From assembly GCA_004431415.1 (NCBI GenBank), contig QPMI01000411.1:248001-312000 (forward strand): DNA of 64,000 nt. Reading direction: 5' to 3'. Numbering within the stretch: position 1 is the stretch's first letter; the number at the start of each line of letters is the position of its first letter. The notes below the pieces were generated by a model. The model made no database searches. It saw only the letters and a program-made list of their open reading frames with translations, and was not told the DNA's origin. The position numbers were made by a program, and so were the translations under genes. Below are positions 59,001 through 64,000 of the stretch, piece after piece. Source of the stretch: Cyanophora paradoxa CCMP329. Lineage: Eukaryota; Plantae; Glaucophyta.

Positions 59001-62000
59001 GTGCGCGCTGGCGCCGGGCGCGGCGGGCTTCGTCGCCCTCGGCCTCGCCTCGGACGGCGCCGCCCAGGCCGCCCTCGCCCAGCTCGAGCTCCTCCGTGCG
59101 CCCCGCCCCTCCGCCCCGCTTCGGTTCGCCTCTGACGCGGCGGCAGCGGCGCCGGGGGCGTGGGAGGCGGTGCCGGCGCGGGTGCCGAGCAACGGCGCCG
59201 TGCTGCTGCTGGTGAGGGGCGGCGACGTGCTCCCCGCCGGGGGCGCCCTCGCCTGCACGGTGGACGGCCTCGCCTCGCCGGCGGCCCGCTGGCTCTCCAC
59301 GGCGGCCGCCGCCTGCGAGGTCCCCGCTTCGCCGACGAGGCGCTCCTCTCCCCGCACGCCCACGCCGCCGTCCGCCTCGCCGGCCCCGGCCAGGCCCCCG
59401 CCGCCGCCTCGGGCGCCGCCCGCCTCCGCCTCCTCGACCCCGTCAGCGCCTGGTCCCTCGACGTGAGCGCCGCCGCCGAGACGGGCGGGACGCGGGTGCA
59501 CGTCGGCGGCGCCGGCTTCGACGGGGGCGACTCGGGCGTCGGCTGTGCCTTCGGGCGCGTCTTCGTGCGCATCGCGCTGGTGGACCGGAGCACGGCCGAG
59601 TGCCTGAGCCCGGCGCTCCCCGCCCGCGCCAGCATCGTCCGCATGTCCGTCCCCGAGCTGAACCTGGCGGCCCTCGCGAGCTACGCGTGGGACGGGGCCC
59701 GCTGCAACGCCTCGCTGGTGCCCGGGGCGGAGCTGGCGGCGCTGCAGGCCAACGCGACGGCCTGCGGGCCGCAGTACGCGACGCGCGAGGTGGCGCTGCT
59801 GCGGGCGGTGGACCTGGGCGACGGGGTGGGGCCGCGCGTCAAGGCCCGCGCCATCCCCCTCCGCATCGCCCTCGCCGGCTCCGACCTCACCGCCGCCCTC
59901 GACGTCGCCGACATCGCGTGGGCGCGCCTCCTCTCCGCCGCCGCCGCCTTCGCCAACCAGCTCGCCGCCTCCAACGGCACGGCCCCCGGCGCCCGCCGCC
60001 TCTCCTCGCTGGACGGGGCGGCGGCGAACGCGAGCCTCACGCCCGACGACGTGCTGCTCGCCCTGCAGCAGGCCGCGGCGCTCTCCGGCCCCTCGGTGCA
60101 CGTGCGCCGCAAGCTGCTCAACAGCACGTGCCCGCCGGAGAACTGCCCGGTGACGGTGCGCTCGCTGCTCAACATCGCGGCGGTCGGCTTCAACGCGAGC
60201 TACCTCAACTACACCGCCCCGGACCTCCCCGACTCGCCCTACGGCCTCCGCTTCTCCCTCGACATCGACGTCCAGCGTGCGCGCCCCGCCCCGCCCCCCT
60301 CGCTGCCTCTGCGGCGCCCGACCCGCCGCGCAGCGGTCCCGTTCATCGCGGCGCTCTCGCCGAACGCGAGCTTCGTGAAGGGGTACACGCCCGTGACGGT
60401 GCGGGGCGCGAACTTCCTGCCGACCGCGACGCTCGGCTGCCTGTTCGGGACGACCCTCGTGCCGGCCGTCTACGTCAACTCGAGCGCCGTCGTCTGCCAC
60501 GCGCCCCCGCAGGCCTCCTACGGCGTCGTCCCCTCTCCGTCACGTGCGCCGCGCGGCCCGCCCTCGCGCGGCCCGGCGCGATGCGGGGGCGGGGCGCAGG
60601 AACAACGGGCGGGACTTCGAGTCGGGGCTGCAGGGCGCGGCGCTCTTCACGTACCTCGCCTGCCCCGCCGGCTCCTTCTGCAGGGCCGGCGAGGCCTTCC
60701 CGTGCCCCCCCGGCCACTTCTGCCCGATGCGGGTGGACGGGAACCGGACGTGGACGGACGTGCAGGAGGCCGGGGCGAACCTGGACCCATTCCCCGACGT
60801 CGTCTTCACCCTCGTGCAGTGCCCGCCGGGCACCTACCAGGACGAGGCCGGGCAGGCCTTCTGCAAGCCCTGCGTCCGCGGCGGCGTCTGCCCCCGCCTC
60901 GGCATGGCCTACCCCGACATCTGCCCCGCCGGCGACCTCTGCGACGAGGAGTCGCTGGTCGCCGGCAAGGTCTGCCCCCCCGGCAAGATCTGCCTCGCCG
61001 GCACCATGACCGGCTTCGCCTTCAACGCCTCGGCCCCCGCCCTGGGCCCGGTAAACGAGACCTTCCTCCGGCTGGCCCCCGACGCCTGCCCCGAGGGCGC
61101 CGCCCTCCCCTCCAGCGGCGCCCCGCCCTCGGCCTGGGCCTACGCCGGCCCCGCCCCGCTCCCCTGCAACGGGACGGCCGTCACGGCCGCCTCGCTGGAC
61201 TACATCCGGCAGGTCCCCTTCGGGTACCCGCGCGTGTGCCCGCCGGGCTTCTTCTGCCAGGCGGGGACGGGGAGCGCGACGACGGTGCCGTACGACTACT
61301 TCACGCCGCAGCCGTGCTTCGGGGGCGCCTCGTGCACGCCCGGGTCGGACAACCCGCTGGGGGCCGGCCTCTGCCCCGCCGGCTTCTACTGCCGCAGCAA
61401 GGCCGACGGCTCCCTCGAGGAGCGCCGCTGCGAGCCCGGCTACTTCTGCCCCTCGCAGGGCCTCACGGAGCCCACGGCCTGCGGCGAGGGCTCCTACCAG
61501 GGTGCCCCCCCCCCTCCCGCGCGCCCCTCCCGCCCCCGCCCCCGCCGAGGCGTCGCCCGCAGACGAGTACGAGGCGAAGGGCTGCAAGTCGTGCCCCCTG
61601 CGCTTCTTCTGCCCGCGCACGGCGATGGCGGAGCCGCTGCTGACGCAGCCCGGGTACTACTCGCCCGGGGTCGGCACCGTGGACCAGCGCCCCTGCTCCG
61701 CCGGCTCGTACTCCGCCACCGACGGCTCCTCCGCCTGCACCTCCTGTCCGCCCCGCGCCCTCCCATCCCCGCGCCCCCGCCTCACGCCGGCCCCGCCGCC
61801 CCGCAGGCCCCCTGGGCACGTACGCGACGGGGTACAACAACACGAACTGCACGGAGGCGCCGCCGGGCACCTTCGTCTCGTACGAGGGCGCCGCCGAGCC
61901 GACCGCCTGCAACCCGGGCACCTACTCCGGTCCGCCCGCCCCCGCTCCGCATGCGCCCCTCCTCACCGCCGGCCCCAGACGTGCCCGGCCTCACCGCCTG

Positions 62001-64000
62001 CAAGCTCTGTGCGCCGCCCCGCCCCGCCCCGCCCCGCCTCGCGCCGCGCGGGGCTGACGGGGCGGGGGGCGCAGGCGGGCTGGGCTCGTACGCGGAGGGC
62101 CTGCGCAACACGGAGTGCAAGCCGGCCCCCGCGGGCGCCTTCATCAACTTCGAGGGGGCCGCCCGCCCCACCCTCTGCAACCCCGGCACCTACCAGCGTC
62201 CGCCCGCCCTCCCCAGCGCGCCCGCCCCCCCTCCCCGGGGCCTGAGGCGGGGCGGCGGGCGCAGCGGCGAACGGGTCGGAGACGTGCGTGCCGTGCAAGC
62301 CGGGGTACTACACGCCGGACTTCGGGGAGTTCGCGTGCAAGCCGGCCGACCCGGGGCACGTCGTCCCCGCCTCGGGCAGCACCGCCCAGCAGCAGTGCCC
62401 CGCCGGCTCCTACATGCGTCCGCCCCGCCCCCCGCCCCCGCCCCCGCCGCTGCGTTCCGCGGGGCCTCACGCGCCGGCGGGCGGCGGCAGCGTACACGAA
62501 CGCGTCGGCGTGCCTGCAGTGCAAGCCGGGGACGTACTGCCCCAAGGAGGGCCTGACGGCGGTCACGCCGGCGGACCCGGGCTTCTTCGTCGCCTCCCCT
62601 TCCTCCATCGCCCAGCTCCCCTGCCGCAAGGGCTCCTACCAGCCCGACCCCGGCGGCGCCGAGTGCCTCGCCTGCGCCAACGGCTTCATCTGCCCCTGTG
62701 CGCCCCCCCGCCCCCCGCCGCGCCCGCTTCGCGCGCCGGGCGAGCGGCGCGCGCAGTCGACCAGATGACGAGGCCGCTGGCGGCGCCGGCGGGGGCGTTC
62801 AGCACGGGGGAGGGGAACACGTTCGCCTCCAAGTGCGCCCCCGGGAACTACTCGGCGATGCCCGGACAGCCGTTCTGCCTCCGCTGCCCCGCCGGCTTCC
62901 AGTGCCTCGCCGAGGGCACCGTCGAGCCCAAGCCCTGCCAGCCGGGCTTCTTCCGCCCCATGGACGAGGGCGGGACGACGACGATCTCGTGCATCCCGTG
63001 CCCGGAGGGGACCTACTCGGAGGCGGCGGGGGCGACGGACATCTCGGCGTGCACGCCCTGCCCCGCCGGCCTCGTCTGCGCCATCTCGGGCACCCCCGAC
63101 GTCTCCCGCGCCTCCAAATGCGCCGACGGTGCCCCGCCCCGCCCGCCCGCCCGCCCGCGCGCTCCTCGGGGGAGCGGGGCCTGACTGGACGGCAGGGTAC
63201 GTGTGCGGGACGGGGACGAGCGGGTCGTCGCAGTTCGAGGAGAAGTGCCCGGCCGGCTTCTTCTGCGGGGCGGGGACCTCCCCGGCCACCAAGTTCCTCA
63301 ACCCCTGCGAGGCCGGCTACTACTGCTTCGAGCAGTCCACGCCCTCCACCGCCAAGCAGCTCCGCTGCCCCGAGGACCGCTTCTGCCTGCGGGGCACCGC
63401 CGCCGTGAACAACGAGACGACGGGGCGCGTCGACTTCTACTGGGCCCTCGCCAAGGCCCCCTACGAGCTCCTCTCGGCCGACTCGCAGGCGTACCTCCAG
63501 GCGCAGATCGCCGCCAGCCGCGCCCGCTCCGGCAGCGCCGCCGCCGCCGCCGCGGAGACCATCGCGGCGACGATCGGGGCGGCGCTGGCCGGCTCGGGCT
63601 CGCGCCGGCGCCTCCTCTCCGCCGCCTCCATCTTCGAGGGACCTCCTTCGGCGTCGGCCAACCGTGGGCCCCGCCCCCGCCCCGCCGCCCCCGGCCCCCG
63701 CCCCGACCGGGGCGCCCGGGGCCCCGCCGGCAACGCGACGCTCCCGCGCGTCTGGAGCGAGGGGGCGCCGCCGCGGCGCGGGCTGCTGCAGAACGGGACG
63801 ACGCCGGCGGCGTCCAACGGGACGGCCGGCGCGGCCTCGGCCTCCTCCGCGTCCTCCGGGGCGACTCCGCTCTCTTTCGAGTTCCAGGCGCTGGAGGTGC
63901 CCGCCGGCCTCAAGTGCCCGGACGGCTCGGCCTCGATCGACCAGTGCTACTCGACGGGGGACCTGCAGCGCACCATCGACCCGTGCCGCGCCGAGCTCCC
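53024..64000 (+). CDS. Giant secreted/surface protein: IPT/TIG repeats followed by CPxGxYC (GCC2/GCC3, ephrin-receptor-like) Cys-rich repeats; 3'-partial
   Basis: Signal TLAVVLAVIALLPAAQA; IPT motifs IWPAEGPVEGGTQV..CHFGG..TLLCTAP and LSPNASFVKGYTPVTVRGANF..CLFG..VVCHAP; dozens of CPAG/CPPG/CKPG-x-Y/F-C repeats from about 60650. The 54000-59450 segment has degenerate IPT-like units in shifting frames. Alternative ATG at 52943. Confidence 0.75.

Noticed and set aside
1-64000. Transposons, viral genes, rRNA/tRNA/snRNA
   Set aside because: No transposase, reverse transcriptase, integrase or capsid motifs and no recognisable structured RNA by eye; a covariance-model search was not possible.

Overview
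This is eukaryotic nuclear DNA, very GC-rich and gene-dense, with many short introns (mostly about 50-90 nt). The long six-frame ORFs are mainly exon/intron read-throughs or antisense shadows, so I rebuilt the genes by splicing by eye. The host cannot be named from sequence alone; an ODF3/SHIPPO-type gene points to a flagellated alga or protist (a glaucophyte such as Cyanophora is a guess only). Genes in order: nicotinamidase (-); SHIPPO/STPG-repeat ciliary protein (+); ThrE/Prm10-family exporter (-); FN3 type-I membrane protein A (-); possible small membrane protein (+); double-LRR protein with NPF motifs (-); ATRX/ARIP4-type SNF2 ATPase (+); large receptor kinase with FN3-like repeats (+); CorA/Alr1-family transporter with SMN instead of GMN (-); degenerate CPBP/Abi-like membrane protein (+); stand-alone BPL_N protein with a His-rich insert (-); FN3/mucin-like membrane protein B (-); Raf-like TKL kinase (-); unknown protein with a possible ricin-B-like region (+); and a giant IPT/TIG plus Cys-repeat surface protein running off the window (+). 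Best candidates for an undescribed system: (1) a splicing code with roughly a third GC-AG introns in the genes counted, nearly always after an exonic AG, and introns with partly self-complementary ends; (2) three surface proteins sharing the plan signal peptide - FN3 - Pro-rich stalk - SEA-like module with a putative cleavage site - TM, one of which carries a kinase. No rRNA, tRNA, CRISPR array or transposase was recognised. Some frameshifts look like homopolymer assembly errors. Gene ends are approximate where stated.
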